Shown: in pieces, positions 53,704 to 63,829 of the stretch | How the letters are laid out: every line of letters begins with the position of its first letter | Numbering within the stretch: position 1 is the first letter of the stretch | Assembly: GCA_903909555.1 (NCBI GenBank) | Contig: CAIVWG010000051.1 | Span: 720 to 64,719, forward strand | Source of the DNA: an uncultured bacterium | Lineage (GTDB): Bacteria; Actinomycetota; Actinomycetes; S36-B12 | Length of the DNA stretch: 64,000 nucleotides | Direction: 5' to 3' | Notes under the pieces: generated by a model | Database searches by the model: none | The model's input: only the letters and a program-made list of their open reading frames with translations | Told to the model about the DNA's origin: nothing | Position numbers and translations under genes: made by a program

Positions 53704-54303
53704 TCATCCCGCGAAGAGCGACCGGTAGACCAGGATCCACGGGTAGAACAGGTGCTGGCCGCCGTCCCACTGGACGGCGACGAAGGTCGTGAGCAGGCCA
53801 GCGACGATCGCGATGACCGCGCCCCACGACCACCAGCCCCGGGGTGGGGACCGCCATCCCGCGCGGTGCCAGCGCCAGACGAGGGCCCCGATCCCGGCGG
53901 TGGCGACCTGTGCGCCGAGCGCGCCGACCACAACCGGGTTCGTCGCGTAGTACGCGGCCTCCAGCGGCGGGAAGAACGCGGCGGCGCGGATCCCCGACAC
54001 GACCGCGAACGCCAGCGGCGTGGCCAGGATGCCGAGCGCGCATCCCCACCAGGGAGCACCCCTCGCCCGCATGGCCGGCCACACGAGGATCCCGGAGAAG
54101 AACAGCGGGCCCATGCGCAGGAGCACCGCGAGGTTCATCGTGAGTCGGTAGCCCTCGACGGACCAGAAGGCCTCGGGCTGCCCGGCGCGGGCCGCGAGCA
54201 CCAGGTCGAGGACGAGGTACGTCGTCACGGACACGATCGCGGGGGCGGCCAGGTAGAGCAGGTGCCGGGTGCGCGCTCCCGCGGAAGCCTCCGTCACGCT
54301 CAT
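53704..54303 (-). CDS. hypothetical polytopic membrane protein
   Basis: ATG 54303 overlaps the sulfatase stop (ATGA). 199 aa with about six hydrophobic segments. No family recognised. Confidence 0.6.
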   Translation of the reverse strand: MSVTEASAGARTRHLLYLAAPAIVSVTTYLVLDLVLAARAGQPEAFWSVEGYRLTMNLAVLLRMGPLFFSGILVWPAMRARGAPWWGCALGILATPLAFAVVSGIRAAAFFPPLEAAYYATNPVVVGALGAQVATAGIGALVWRWHRAGWRSPPRGWWSWGAVIAIVAGLLTTFVAVQWDGGQHLFYPWILVYRSLFAG

Positions 54304-55712
54304 GCGTACCGCGCGCGCAGGTCGGCCAGTCGCAGCGCAAGGTCGGAGCGCACCTCGGCGTAGGCGGGATCCTCGGCCACGTTGCGTAACTGCCGTGGGT
54401 CGGTCGCGAGGTCGTACAGCTCCGGTGGCAGGCCGCGCTCGTACTCGACGTAGAGCTGTGCGTCGGTGCGGATGGCCTGCGATGGCGGGATGTTGTAGGG
54501 AAAGTCCGCGAAGTACTCGTAGAAGATCTCCTCGCGCCAGGCAGCCTCGTCGTCCTCGAGAAGGGGCACGAGGCTCGCGCCCTGCACGCTGGACGGGATC
54601 GGCGCGCCCGCGAGCTCGAGCAGCGTCGGGGCGACGTCGATGTTGAGGATCGGCTGGGGACGCGTGGCGCCGGGATCGGGAATCCCGTCCGGCCAGCGCA
54701 CGATGAAGGGCAGGCGGATGTTGTCGTCGTAGGCCCACCGCTTGCCGGTCAGCACGTGCTCGCCCCAGGAGTATCCGTTGTCGCTGGTGTAGAAGACCGC
54801 GGTGTTGGCCCCTGCCCCGCTGGCGTCAAGGGCATCCACGAGTCGCCCGATCTCGCGATCCAGCCCGAGGAGGGTCTCGCAGTAGCGCCGGTACGCGGTC
54901 TCCAGTCGCCCGGCGGTGCCCTCCCAGACGTTGCGGTCGATCAGGGTCTGGTAGGTGAAGTACTCGTCGGGCAGTTCGTCCAGCGGCACGTCGTCGTACG
55001 TCCCCCGCAGGTCCGGCGGAGGCTCGAATTCGTGGTGCACCGCCTTGTGCGCGAGGAACAGGCAGAAGGGCTGCGCAGGATCCTGGGTGGCCAGCCATTC
55101 GAGCGCGAAGTCGGTGAGGTCGGTGGAGATGTAGGTCCCCGGCCTTGCGGTCTCGACGCCGTCGATGATGAGGGGGCAGTCGACGTACACGCCCTGCCCC
55201 TCCTCGACCGTGAAGGTGACGAAGCGCTCGACTCCGCGCAGGTCAGGAAGCGCGCCCGGCATGTGCCACTTGCCGATGTACGCGTTGCGGTAGCCCGCGG
55301 CAGCGAGCCCCTCGAAGACGCTCACGGTCTCGGCGCGCCAGGCGGAGATGTTGTTGGTGACCCCGTGCCGGTTGGCGTACTGGCCGGTGATGAAGGACGC
55401 ACGCGACGGACTGCACAGGGCGGTCGTGCAGTAGGCGTGGTCGAAGGTGAGGCCCTGGCGGGCCAGGGAGTCCAGCGCCGGCGTCTGCAGGAACGGCACG
55501 GAGCCCGTCGCCCCGAGGTGGTCGGCGCGATGGTCGTCGCTGAGGATGACGACGAGATTGGGCCGGCTCGCGACGGACGAGGAGAGGGCGGGGTCGACGG
55601 CCACGGGGATCGGTCGCCCGCCGACGGAGGCCGAGGTTCCGCATGCGCTGAGACCGGCGACCGCCGCGCCCCCGGCCAGGCCTCCGAGCACCTGACGCCG
55701 CGTGACCTCCAC
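54300..55712 (-). CDS. sulfatase (formylglycine-dependent, Cys-type) with Tat/lipoprotein-like signal
   Basis: TRRQVLGGLAGGAAVAGLSAC signal. VVILSDDHRAD and the CSPSR (CxPxR) formylglycine motif, 470 aa. Confidence 0.88.
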   Translation of the reverse strand: MEVTRRQVLGGLAGGAAVAGLSACGTSASVGGRPIPVAVDPALSSSVASRPNLVVILSDDHRADHLGATGSVPFLQTPALDSLARQGLTFDHAYCTTALCSPSRASFITGQYANRHGVTNNISAWRAETVSVFEGLAAAGYRNAYIGKWHMPGALPDLRGVERFVTFTVEEGQGVYVDCPLIIDGVETARPGTYISTDLTDFALEWLATQDPAQPFCLFLAHKAVHHEFEPPPDLRGTYDDVPLDELPDEYFTYQTLIDRNVWEGTAGRLETAYRRYCETLLGLDREIGRLVDALDASGAGANTAVFYTSDNGYSWGEHVLTGKRWAYDDNIRLPFIVRWPDGIPDPGATRPQPILNIDVAPTLLELAGAPIPSSVQGASLVPLLEDDEAAWREEIFYEYFADFPYNIPPSQAIRTDAQLYVEYERGLPPELYDLATDPRQLRNVAEDPAYAEVRSDLALRLADLRARYA

Positions 55713-55825
55713 CCTGCGAGGCTACCCCCCGTTCTCGTCCTCTCCCGACGCAGTTTTGGCTCTCGGCGTCGCTGGTCGCCGGCCTCGCGTGAGGAGCCGG
55801 CACGGCTCGGAGCGAGGGGGTGCGG

Positions 55826-56812
55826 TCAGCGGGTGGGTGCGCCCGCGCGCGCGGTCCGCTGCGAGGAGATCTCCGCGAGGATGACGCCCGAGAGGACGAC
55901 GAGGCCGCCGAGGCCCTGGACCGGTGTGATGGTCTCCCCGAGCACGATGAACCCGACGACCGCCGCCCACAGCGGCTCGGTCGTCCCGATGATCCCGCCG
56001 CGCTGGGCGCCGATGCGCTGCAGGGAGCCCAGGACGAGAAGGAAGGGCACGACCGTGAGGGCGATCATCCAGATCACCAGCGACCACACGGGGATGCCGG
56101 TGACCGCGCCATCGAAGAGCGTCGTCGTGGTCGTGAGCGTGGACCAGGGGAACACCCACCAGGGCGAAAGGATGCTCCAGGTCACGGTGGCGATGAAGAA
56201 TCCCCAGAAGGCCAGGCTGAGGATGTCGCGCCGCTTCGCACCCTCCTCGCCGAGCAGGAGGTAGACCGCCAGTGAGATGCCCACGAGCAGCCCGAAGAGG
56301 AGGCCGAGCGGGTTCAGGGTGACACCCGCCCAGACCTGGGCGACGAGGGCGAGCCCGACCAGCACCAGGCCGATCGCCAGCCACAGGGAGCGGCGCACCG
56401 GGCGGTGGCGCGCGAAGCGCAGCCACAGGGCGACCCACACGGGAGCGAGGAAGGCGAACAGGGTCCCGATCGCGATGGGGAGGAGTGCGATCGTCGCGAA
56501 GAAGAGGAAGGGGGTCAGGGCGTACGACACAACGCCGAAGACCACGAGGAAGGGGATCTCGGCGCGCGTGACACGCAGGGACGACGGTCGGGAGACGAGG
56601 ATGACGAGGAGGACGACGATCGCCGATCCGGCGGTGCGGATCTCCGTGACATGCCCGGGGGTCAGGCCCGCTTCGATCTGGGCCTTCGCGACGGTCCCGT
56701 TGAGCGCGAACATGAACGCCGCGAGGAGGTACATGAGGACGCCAAGGGCTTCCTGGCGGGGGATTCGGGTCGCCGGGCTGGCGAGTGGCTCGATGGGATC
56801 GGGGGCGCTCAT
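55826..56812 (-). CDS. EamA/DMT-family transporter (paralogue 2)
   Basis: ATG 56812 inside track ORF 55826..57838(-). 328 aa, 10-TM-like, clearly similar to the upstream gene (e.g. WLRFARHRPVRRSLWLAIGLVLVGLALVAQVW vs WVRFGRRQYVRPWVWLGLVLALIGLALITQVW). Confidence 0.82.
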   Translation of the reverse strand: MSAPDPIEPLASPATRIPRQEALGVLMYLLAAFMFALNGTVAKAQIEAGLTPGHVTEIRTAGSAIVVLLVILVSRPSSLRVTRAEIPFLVVFGVVSYALTPFLFFATIALLPIAIGTLFAFLAPVWVALWLRFARHRPVRRSLWLAIGLVLVGLALVAQVWAGVTLNPLGLLFGLLVGISLAVYLLLGEEGAKRRDILSLAFWGFFIATVTWSILSPWWVFPWSTLTTTTTLFDGAVTGIPVWSLVIWMIALTVVPFLLVLGSLQRIGAQRGGIIGTTEPLWAAVVGFIVLGETITPVQGLGGLVVLSGVILAEISSQRTARAGAPTR

Positions 56813-57771
56813 CGGGAGCGCTCGGCGATGTAGACGCCGGCGAGCACCGTGATGCCGCCGGCGATCTGGAGGGGGGTGAGCACCTCGCCGAGGATGATCC
56901 AGGCGATGAGCGCGGCGGCGAGCGGCTCGATCATGCCGACGGTGGACGCCTGGGCGGCGCTGATCCACGCGAGCGCTGCCACGACGAGGGTGAACGGGAC
57001 GACCGTGCCCATGACGATCATCCAGGCCGTGAGCGACCAGACGGGCAACGTCGGCCCGGCGAGGAGCGTCGCGTCGCCGGAGAAGTCCGACCAGGGGAAA
57101 GACCACCACGGCTGCGCGACGGCCCAGAAGAGCGTGGCTCCCCCGAAGCCCCACATCGTGAGGGACACGGAGTCGCGCGGGTGCTGACCGCGCTGCCGGG
57201 CCTCGCCGAGCAGGTAGAACAGCGCGAGGGCGCACGCGGCGCCAAGGCCTGCGGCCACGCCGATCGCGTTGAGGTCGAGGGAGTTGAGTCCCTGCCAGAC
57301 CTGAGTGATGAGCGCAAGCCCGATGAGCGCCAAGACCAGCCCCAGCCACACCCAGGGCCGGACGTATTGCCGGCGCCCGAAGCGCACCCACAGCACCACG
57401 AGGATCGGCGCGGTGAACTCCAGGACGAGGGCGACGCCGATGGGGAGGTTCTCGATCGCGACGAAGTAGAGGAACTGCGTCATCGACAGGCCGACGACGC
57501 CGTAGGCGAGGAGCAGGAGGACCTCGTCGCGTCGTACCTTCAGCGCGTGGGGGCGCGTGACCGCGACGATGAGGAGGAGGAGAAGGAAGGCGCCGGTCGA
57601 CCGCACGGCGCTGAGCGCCGGAGCCTCGACCGGGGTCTCCAGGATCGTCTTGACGACCGAGCTGTTGAAGGCGAAGCACAGTGCGCCGGCCAGGTAGAGG
57701 GTGAATCCCAGCGCGGGCCGGTTGCCCCGGGTCCCCGGTATCGGGGAGGGTGCCTGATCCAGGGGGGTCAA
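56809..57771 (-). CDS. EamA/DMT-family transporter (paralogue 1)
   Basis: Part of track ORF 56809..58170(-). The only plausible start after the glgA stop is TTG 57771 (TTGA overlap), so the start is uncertain. 320 aa. Confidence 0.75.
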   Translation of the reverse strand: MTPLDQAPSPIPGTRGNRPALGFTLYLAGALCFAFNSSVVKTILETPVEAPALSAVRSTGAFLLLLLIVAVTRPHALKVRRDEVLLLLAYGVVGLSMTQFLYFVAIENLPIGVALVLEFTAPILVVLWVRFGRRQYVRPWVWLGLVLALIGLALITQVWQGLNSLDLNAIGVAAGLGAACALALFYLLGEARQRGQHPRDSVSLTMWGFGGATLFWAVAQPWWSFPWSDFSGDATLLAGPTLPVWSLTAWMIVMGTVVPFTLVVAALAWISAAQASTVGMIEPLAAALIAWIILGEVLTPLQIAGGITVLAGVYIAERSR

Positions 57772-58949
57772 CGCGCCCTCGGCCGCCGTGACTCCAGGGC
57801 GCGCTCGTACACCTGCACGGTGCGCTGCGCGATCGCATCCCAGCTGAAATGGTCGATGGCCCGCTGACGTCCGGCCCGTCCCATGGCGCGGGCGCGCTCG
57901 GGATCCGCGGCGAGCGCGTTCACGCCGTGAGCGAGCCCGTCCTCGAAGGCCCCCGGATCGGCCGCCGAGTACGGAACGAGGATCCCGGTGATTCCGTCCT
58001 CGACCACCTCGGGGATGCCGCCGACCGCGCTGGCTACGACCGGAGCCTCGCAGGCCATGGCCTCGAGGTTGACAATGCCGAGCGGCTCGTACACCGAAGG
58101 GCAGATGAACGCCGTGGCGTGCGTGAGCATCTGGATGAGCTCCGCGCGCTGAGCCTGCTCCTCGATCCACACCACGGAGTCTTCCCCGCGCGCGGCGCGC
58201 AGATCCGCGACGCCGCGCGCCACTTCCTCACCGATCTCCGGGGTGTCCGGGGAACTCGCGCACAGGACGAGAACGATCCCGGGATCGAAGCGCAACGCCG
58301 CGCGTAGCAGGTGGGCAATCCCCTTCTGCCGCGTGATCCGCCCGATGAAGAGTGCGTATGGACGCGCCGGATCGATGCCGCGGGCCACCAGACCGGACAC
58401 GTCGGGATCGGGACGGTACACGTCGGTATCGATCCCGTTGTGCACGACGTGCACGCGGGCCGGGTCGAGCGAGGGGTACGCCTCGAGGACATCGCGACGC
58501 ATGCCCTCGCTCACCGCGATGACGGCGTCGGCGTGGGCGTACGCCGTCGCCTCGACCCAGCATGAGATGCGGTAGCCGCCGCCCAGCTGCTCATGCTTCC
58601 AGGGCCGCAACGGCTCGAGGGAGTGCGCGGTGATGACATGGGGGATCCCGTGGAGCAGCGCGGAGAGATGCCCGGCGAGGTTGGCGTACCAGGTGTGGGA
58701 GTGAACCAGGTCCACGCCCTCGGTGGCCTGCGCCATCTCGAGGTCGACGCCGATGGTCTGCAGCGCGACGTTGGCGCCGGTGAGCTCGCTGGGGGGCTGG
58801 TGCGCCTCCGCATCGGTCCGCGGCATGCCGAAGCAGTGGACCTCGACGTCGATGAGGCTCCGCAGCTGCTCGACGAGCTGCGTCACGTGGACTCCGGCAC
58901 CGCCGTACACGTCGGGCGGCCACTCCCGCGTCATGATCGCCGCTCTCAC
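57768..58949 (-). CDS. glgA: glycogen synthase (actinobacterial GT4 type)
   Basis: [26 protein letters not shown] resembles the corynebacterial GlgA N-terminus. GTG 58949 preferred (ATG 58934 alternative), 393 aa. Confidence 0.88.
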   Translation of the reverse strand: MRAAIMTREWPPDVYGGAGVHVTQLVEQLRSLIDVEVHCFGMPRTDAEAHQPPSELTGANVALQTIGVDLEMAQATEGVDLVHSHTWYANLAGHLSALLHGIPHVITAHSLEPLRPWKHEQLGGGYRISCWVEATAYAHADAVIAVSEGMRRDVLEAYPSLDPARVHVVHNGIDTDVYRPDPDVSGLVARGIDPARPYALFIGRITRQKGIAHLLRAALRFDPGIVLVLCASSPDTPEIGEEVARGVADLRAARGEDSVVWIEEQAQRAELIQMLTHATAFICPSVYEPLGIVNLEAMACEAPVVASAVGGIPEVVEDGITGILVPYSAADPGAFEDGLAHGVNALAADPERARAMGRAGRQRAIDHFSWDAIAQRTVQVYERALESRRPRAR

Positions 58950-59004
58950 GGGCCTCAGCCTAGGGCCCTGCCAGGAGGAGGGGAGGCGGGCTACGCTGGC
59001 GCAC

Positions 59005-60228
59005 GTGGAATCAGGGCCGCACGTGCTGGGGATCGTCCTCGCCGGAGGCGCCGGGAAGCGCCTCATGCCGCTCACCGCGGACCGGGCGAAGCCCGCCGTG
59101 CCCTTCGGTGGGGCCTATCGTCTCATCGACTTCGTGCTGTCCAACCTCGTCAATGCGGGACTGCGCCGGGTGGCCGTCCTCACCCAGTACAAGTCGCACT
59201 CGCTCGACCGGCACATCACCACCACCTGGCGGATGTCTCCGCTCCTCGGCGACTACGTCACCGCGGTGCCCGCCCAGCAGCGGCTCGGACCGCGATGGTT
59301 CACGGGATCAGCCGATGCCATCTACCAGAGCCTCAACCTCATCAAGGACGAGCAGCCGGAGTACGTCGTCGTGTTCGGCGCCGACAACGTCTACCGCATG
59401 GACCCCATGCAGATGGTCCTACAGCACATCGAGACCGGCGCCCAGGTGACCGTGGCCGGCATCCGCCAGCCGCGGTCGATCGCGCACCAGTTCGGCGTCA
59501 TCGAGACCGGGTCGGACGGGTTGCGCATTCAGCGCTTCCTCGAGAAGCCGCCCGATCCCCCCGGGATCCCCGGTGACCTGGACTCGTCCTACGTCTCCAT
59601 GGGCAACTACGTCTTCACGACCGATGCCCTGGTCGAGGCCCTGCGCGCTGATGCCGCGGACGAGGGGTCGGTGCACGACATGGGCGGCAACATCATCCCC
59701 ATGCTCGTCGGCCAGGGCACCGCCTGCGTGTACGACTTCGACCTCAACGTGGTGCCCGGGGCCACCGACCGTGACCGCGGCTACTGGCGCGATGTGGGGA
59801 CCCTCGACGCCTATCACGATGCCCACATGGACCTCGTGTCCGTGCACCCGATCTTCAACCTCTACAACCGGCGGTGGCCGATCCTCACCAACCACCCGTC
59901 CTACCCCCCGGCGAAGTTCGTCGAGGGAGGCAATGCGCACGAGTCCATGGTGGGGACCGGATCCATCGTGTCCGGGGCCCATGTGCGCAACTCCGTCCTG
60001 TCCTTCGACGTGCAGGTGGCGACCGGCGCCTATGTCGAGGGGTCCGTGCTCATGCCCGGGGTGCGCATCGGCCGCAATGCGGTCGTGCGCCGGGCGATCC
60101 TGGACAAGAACGTCATCGTTCCCGAGGGGGCGCAGGTCGGAGTGGACCTCGAGCGGGACCGCGAGCTCTACACCCTGAGCGAAGGCGGTGTCGTCGTGCT
60201 CGGCAAGGGCGTGACGGCGCAGCGATGA
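59005..60228 (+). CDS. glgC: glucose-1-phosphate adenylyltransferase
   Basis: [35 protein letters not shown] 59005 preferred (GTG 59023 alternative), 407 aa. Divergent from glgA with a ~55-nt spacer. Confidence 0.9.
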   Translation: MESGPHVLGIVLAGGAGKRLMPLTADRAKPAVPFGGAYRLIDFVLSNLVNAGLRRVAVLTQYKSHSLDRHITTTWRMSPLLGDYVTAVPAQQRLGPRWFTGSADAIYQSLNLIKDEQPEYVVVFGADNVYRMDPMQMVLQHIETGAQVTVAGIRQPRSIAHQFGVIETGSDGLRIQRFLEKPPDPPGIPGDLDSSYVSMGNYVFTTDALVEALRADAADEGSVHDMGGNIIPMLVGQGTACVYDFDLNVVPGATDRDRGYWRDVGTLDAYHDAHMDLVSVHPIFNLYNRRWPILTNHPSYPPAKFVEGGNAHESMVGTGSIVSGAHVRNSVLSFDVQVATGAYVEGSVLMPGVRIGRNAVVRRAILDKNVIVPEGAQVGVDLERDRELYTLSEGGVVVLGKGVTAQR

Positions 60229-61010
60229 CGAGCGTCCCGGCCTCGCGCCCGCGCGCCGTGGTCACCGGAGCGGGACGCGGCCTCGGCGCCGTCATCGCCG
60301 ACCGCCTCCACGGGATCGGCTACGACGTCGTCGCGACCGATGTCGCAGGGACGGACGTCGTCCTCGACGTGACGGACGCGCAGGCGTGCCGCGAGCTCGC
60401 GGCCGAGGTGGGGCCGGACGTGTGGGTCAACAATGCGGGCGTGCTCGGCGCGGGGGATGCCGCCACGCAGCCCGACGACATCGTCCAGAGCGTCGTGGCG
60501 GTGAACCTGCTCGGAGTGATCCACGGGACTCGCGCCGCGGTGTCCGTCATGCGGGACCGCGACGGGGGCCGCGGACGCGGGCACATCGTCACCATCGGCT
60601 CCCTCGCGTCGTGGGTGCCGGTCCCCGGAGAGGCGGTCTACGCTGCCACGAAGGCTGGCGTCCTCTCCTTCACGCTCGGCCTCGAGGGGGAGCTGCGAGC
60701 CCAGGGCGTCAAGGGCGTCCGCTTCAGCGTGATCTGCCCCGACGGCATGCTCACCCCGATGCTCACCGACATCATCGACGACCCCGCCATCGCGCTGAGC
60801 TTCACCGGCGTGCGCACCCAGGAGCCCGATGCGGTCGCCGACGCGGTGGCGCGGGCATTGCGCCGGCCGCGGCGCATCGTGAGCGTCCCGCGCTGGCGCG
60901 GGGCCCAGGTGCGCGCGTTCAGCTCGCTGCCGGACCTGCTGCTGCCGGCCGCACCTCTCTTCACTCGCCTGGGGCGCGCCCAGCAGGATCGCCTGCGTCG
61001 CCCTCGCTGA
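60225..61010 (+). CDS. SDR-family oxidoreductase
   Basis: ATGA overlap with the glgC stop. [26 protein letters not shown], 261 aa. Confidence 0.85.
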   Translation: MTSVPASRPRAVVTGAGRGLGAVIADRLHGIGYDVVATDVAGTDVVLDVTDAQACRELAAEVGPDVWVNNAGVLGAGDAATQPDDIVQSVVAVNLLGVIHGTRAAVSVMRDRDGGRGRGHIVTIGSLASWVPVPGEAVYAATKAGVLSFTLGLEGELRAQGVKGVRFSVICPDGMLTPMLTDIIDDPAIALSFTGVRTQEPDAVADAVARALRRPRRIVSVPRWRGAQVRAFSSLPDLLLPAAPLFTRLGRAQQDRLRRPR

Positions 61011-61227
61011 ACTCGCCGTCGTCGGACGCAGACTCGGCGATCTGGCCCGGGTCCACGTCCAGCCCGGCATAGAGCAAGGCGTGATCACGGGCCTCCTCGC
61101 GCGCCGACGCCGCTGCGAGGCGCGCTGTTCCGATCCAGCCGCAGGAGCACGCCGGCAGGAGGAATCGAGCGCGGCGCTCGAGCCTGACCTCGTGCGTGGG
61201 GGCGAGGGGAATGTCGGGGACTCCCAC
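60961..61227 (-). CDS. hypothetical 88-aa protein (weakly supported)
   Basis: ORF with mostly G/C third positions, containing LLPACSCGWIGTARL and an acidic C-terminus. Its last 50 nt overlap the convergent SDR gene, which lowers confidence. Confidence 0.3.
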   Translation of the reverse strand: MGVPDIPLAPTHEVRLERRARFLLPACSCGWIGTARLAAASAREEARDHALLYAGLDVDPGQIAESASDDGEFSEGDAGDPAGRAPGE

Positions 61228-61351
61228 GAGGGCACGCTAGACCGAGGGAGTGCCGCCGCGATGGACGGGAGGCGAACTCCGGGTGAACTCGCTGGGCTCG
61301 TCCCCGTGCCATTACGGTGGGTCCGTGCAGCACTCGCCCCGGGTCGAGTCG

Positions 61352-61801
61352 GTGACGACCGACTCACCGTGGATCGTGTCCCGGTCGATCGTCATCGACG
61401 CGCCGCCGGAACTCATCTTCGACATCCCCGCGGATCCGCGTCAGCACGCCCGCTTCGACGGCTCGGGGAGCGTGCGCGGCAGTGTGTCCGGTCCCGAGCG
61501 GCTGGCCCTGGGATCGACGTTCCGGATGGACATGCGGCTCGTGGCGCCCTATCGCGTGTCCAGCACCGTCAAGGAGTTCGAGGAGGGCCGACGCATCGCC
61601 TGGGCGCACGTCGGAGGGCATCGCTGGCGGTACGAACTCGAGCCGCTGGCGGATGGGGGGACCCGGGTCACGGAGACGTTCGACGGGACGTACGCTCGGT
61701 CGGCACGGGCGCTTCGCCTGATCGATGCCTATGCGCGGAACGCACGAGGCATCGAGGAGACGCTGCCTCGGCTCAAGGCATACGCGGAGGAGGGCCCATG
61801 A
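61352..61801 (+). CDS. SRPBCC (START/polyketide-cyclase-like) family protein
   Basis: IVSRSIVIDAPPELIFDIPADPRQHARFDGSG... resembles SRPBCC N-terminal strands. The start could be GTG 61352, GTG 61325 or the track start 61250. Confidence 0.65.
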   Translation: MTTDSPWIVSRSIVIDAPPELIFDIPADPRQHARFDGSGSVRGSVSGPERLALGSTFRMDMRLVAPYRVSSTVKEFEEGRRIAWAHVGGHRWRYELEPLADGGTRVTETFDGTYARSARALRLIDAYARNARGIEETLPRLKAYAEEGP

Positions 61802-62004
61802 TCACGACGACCTACTCGGTGAGCGGGATGACGTGCGATCACTGCGTGCGCGCGGTGACCACGGAACTCGTGATGGTGCCGGGCGTGCGATCGGTCGACG
61901 TCGACCTCGCATCAGGATCCGTCGCCGTCACGAGCGACGGCCCGCTCGACCCGGAGTCGGTACGCGAGGCGATCGAGGAGGCCGGCTACGAGCTGGCTGG
62001 ATGA
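61798..62004 (+). CDS. heavy-metal-associated (HMA) domain metallochaperone-like protein
   Basis: ATGA overlap with the SRPBCC stop, with GGAGGAGGG upstream. YSVSGMTCDHCVRAV (GMTCxxC), 68 aa. Confidence 0.85.
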   Translation: MITTTYSVSGMTCDHCVRAVTTELVMVPGVRSVDVDLASGSVAVTSDGPLDPESVREAIEEAGYELAG

Positions 62005-62916
62005 TCAGCCGAACCGACCCGAAATGTAGTCCTCGGTGCGCGGGTCATTCGGAGCGGTGAAGATGCTCCGGGTCGGTCCGTACTCCACGAGCCGGCCGTG
62101 CCGGACCCCCTGCGCGTCCACGTCCGCGGTGAAGAAGGCGGTGCGATCCGACACGCGCGCCGCCTGCTGCATGTTGTGGGTGACGATCACGATCGTGTAG
62201 TCGGCGGCGAGCTCCTTCATGAGGTCCTCGATCTTCGCTGTGGCGATGGGATCCAGGGACGCGCAGGGCTCGTCCATGAGGATGACCTCAGGCTTGACCG
62301 CGATACAGCGCGCGATGACGAGTCGCTGCTGCTGGCCGCCGGACAGGGCGTAGGCGCTCTTCTTGAGGTCGTCCTTGACCTCGTCCCACAGGGCGGCCCT
62401 GGTCAAGCACTCCTCGACGAGGTCGTCCATGTTGACCTTCATGCCGTTGACCTTGGGCCCGTACGCGACGTTCTCGTAGATCGACTTGGGGAAGACGTTG
62501 GGCTTCTGGAAGACCATGCCGATACGACGGCGCACCTCGATGGGGTCGACGTCGGGAGCGTAGATGTCGAAGCCGTGGTAGGCCAGGAGTCCCTCGACGC
62601 GCGCGCCGGGAATGAGGTCATTCATCCGATTGAACGAGCGGAGGAGCGTGGACTTGCCGCAACCCGACGGGCCGATGAACGCGGTGATCTCGTTCCGGCC
62701 GATCTGCATGGTGACGTCGCGAACTGCCTCGAAGTCACCGTAGAACACGTGGACATCATCGAGGTTGAAGACCACCTCCCCGACGGACTCGGGCACCACG
62801 ACGCCCCTGCCCTCGTCCAGGACCGCGGAGACGTCCATGCGCCCGGTGTTGGCGAGGTCGCTGGTCGACTGGGGGGCGTTCGGATCGTGGATCTCGCTCA
62901 TGGTGCCGCTCATCAT
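62005..62916 (-). CDS. pstB: phosphate ABC transporter ATP-binding protein
   Basis: [18 protein letters not shown] and the C-terminal DYISGRFG. The N-terminus is ~45 aa longer than the PstB I remember, so in-frame internal ATGs are possible starts. Confidence 0.9.
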   Translation of the reverse strand: MMSGTMSEIHDPNAPQSTSDLANTGRMDVSAVLDEGRGVVVPESVGEVVFNLDDVHVFYGDFEAVRDVTMQIGRNEITAFIGPSGCGKSTLLRSFNRMNDLIPGARVEGLLAYHGFDIYAPDVDPIEVRRRIGMVFQKPNVFPKSIYENVAYGPKVNGMKVNMDDLVEECLTRAALWDEVKDDLKKSAYALSGGQQQRLVIARCIAVKPEVILMDEPCASLDPIATAKIEDLMKELAADYTIVIVTHNMQQAARVSDRTAFFTADVDAQGVRHGRLVEYGPTRSIFTAPNDPRTEDYISGRFG

Positions 62917-62917
62917 G

Positions 62918-63829
62918 TCACCACCGCTTCTGGGTTCGGTTGCGGATCAGGATGGCGACGGCGTTCATCGCCAGGAGGATGACGAGGAGCAGGACGATCG
63001 TGGCCGCGGCCAGGACCTGGAACTCCTCCCGGGATTCCTTGGTCCAGTTGTAGATCTGGATGGGCAGGGTCGTGTAGGCGGAGAAGGGGCCGGTGGGGTT
63101 GAAGGAGATGAAGGTGACCGCGCCCAGGAGGAGGAGGGGCGCCGCCTCCCCGATCGCCCGGGAGAGGGCCAGGATCGTGCCGGTCGCCATGCCCGGGATG
63201 GCTGCGGGCATGGTCTGCCGCCAGGTCGTCTGCCAGAGGGTGGCCCCCAGTGCCAGGGACCCGTGGCGGATGTTCTGCGGAACGGCCCTGAGCGCCTCGC
63301 GCGTCGCGACGATCACGACCGGGAGGACCAGCAGGGCCAGGGTGAGCCCCGCCGTGATCACCGTCTGGCCCAGCGCGAGGGCTCGAGCGAAGATCGCCAG
63401 CCCCAGGATGCCGTAGACGATCGACGGGACGGCCGCGAGGTTCTGGATGTTGATCTCCACGAAGCGCGCGAAACGGCTCGTGGGCTTGGCGTACTCCTCG
63501 AGGTACACCGCGGAGAGGAAGCCGATGGGCAGCGAGAAGAGGGCGGTGAAGGCGATGACCCAGAGCGTCCCGGTGATGGCGGACTCCGCGCCCGCCTGCT
63601 CCGGCCGGCGGATCGAGGGCATGTTGGTCCACAGGCGGGAATCCAGCCGCGGCCAGCCCTTGATGACGACATAGGCGAGCAGGACGGCGAGGAACGCGAT
63701 TCCCACGAAGAGGCAGAGGAACAGGATCCACCGGAACGTCTTGTCCACGAGGGGCTGCCCGTGGCCTCGAAGGTCGAGGTCGGCAGGGGCGTCGGGCTGG
63801 TCGAACGGACGCGTGAGGGTCGCGCTCAT
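62918..63829 (-). CDS. pstA: phosphate ABC transporter permease PstA
   Basis: 303 aa, multi-[18 protein letters not shown] is the EAA-loop-like motif. Lies directly upstream of pstB. Confidence 0.9.
   Translation of the reverse strand: MSATLTRPFDQPDAPADLDLRGHGQPLVDKTFRWILFLCLFVGIAFLAVLLAYVVIKGWPRLDSRLWTNMPSIRRPEQAGAESAITGTLWVIAFTALFSLPIGFLSAVYLEEYAKPTSRFARFVEINIQNLAAVPSIVYGILGLAIFARALALGQTVITAGLTLALLVLPVVIVATREALRAVPQNIRHGSLALGATLWQTTWRQTMPAAIPGMATGTILALSRAIGEAAPLLLLGAVTFISFNPTGPFSAYTTLPIQIYNWTKESREEFQVLAAATIVLLLVILLAMNAVAILIRNRTQKRW

Noticed and set aside
55826-58170. Track ORFs 55826..57838(-) and 56809..58170(-) as single 670-aa and 453-aa genes.
   Set aside because: Their N-terminal parts are Arg/Pro-rich shadow sequence overlapping neighbouring genes. 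The transporter-like sequence begins at ATG 56812 and about TTG 57771 respectively.
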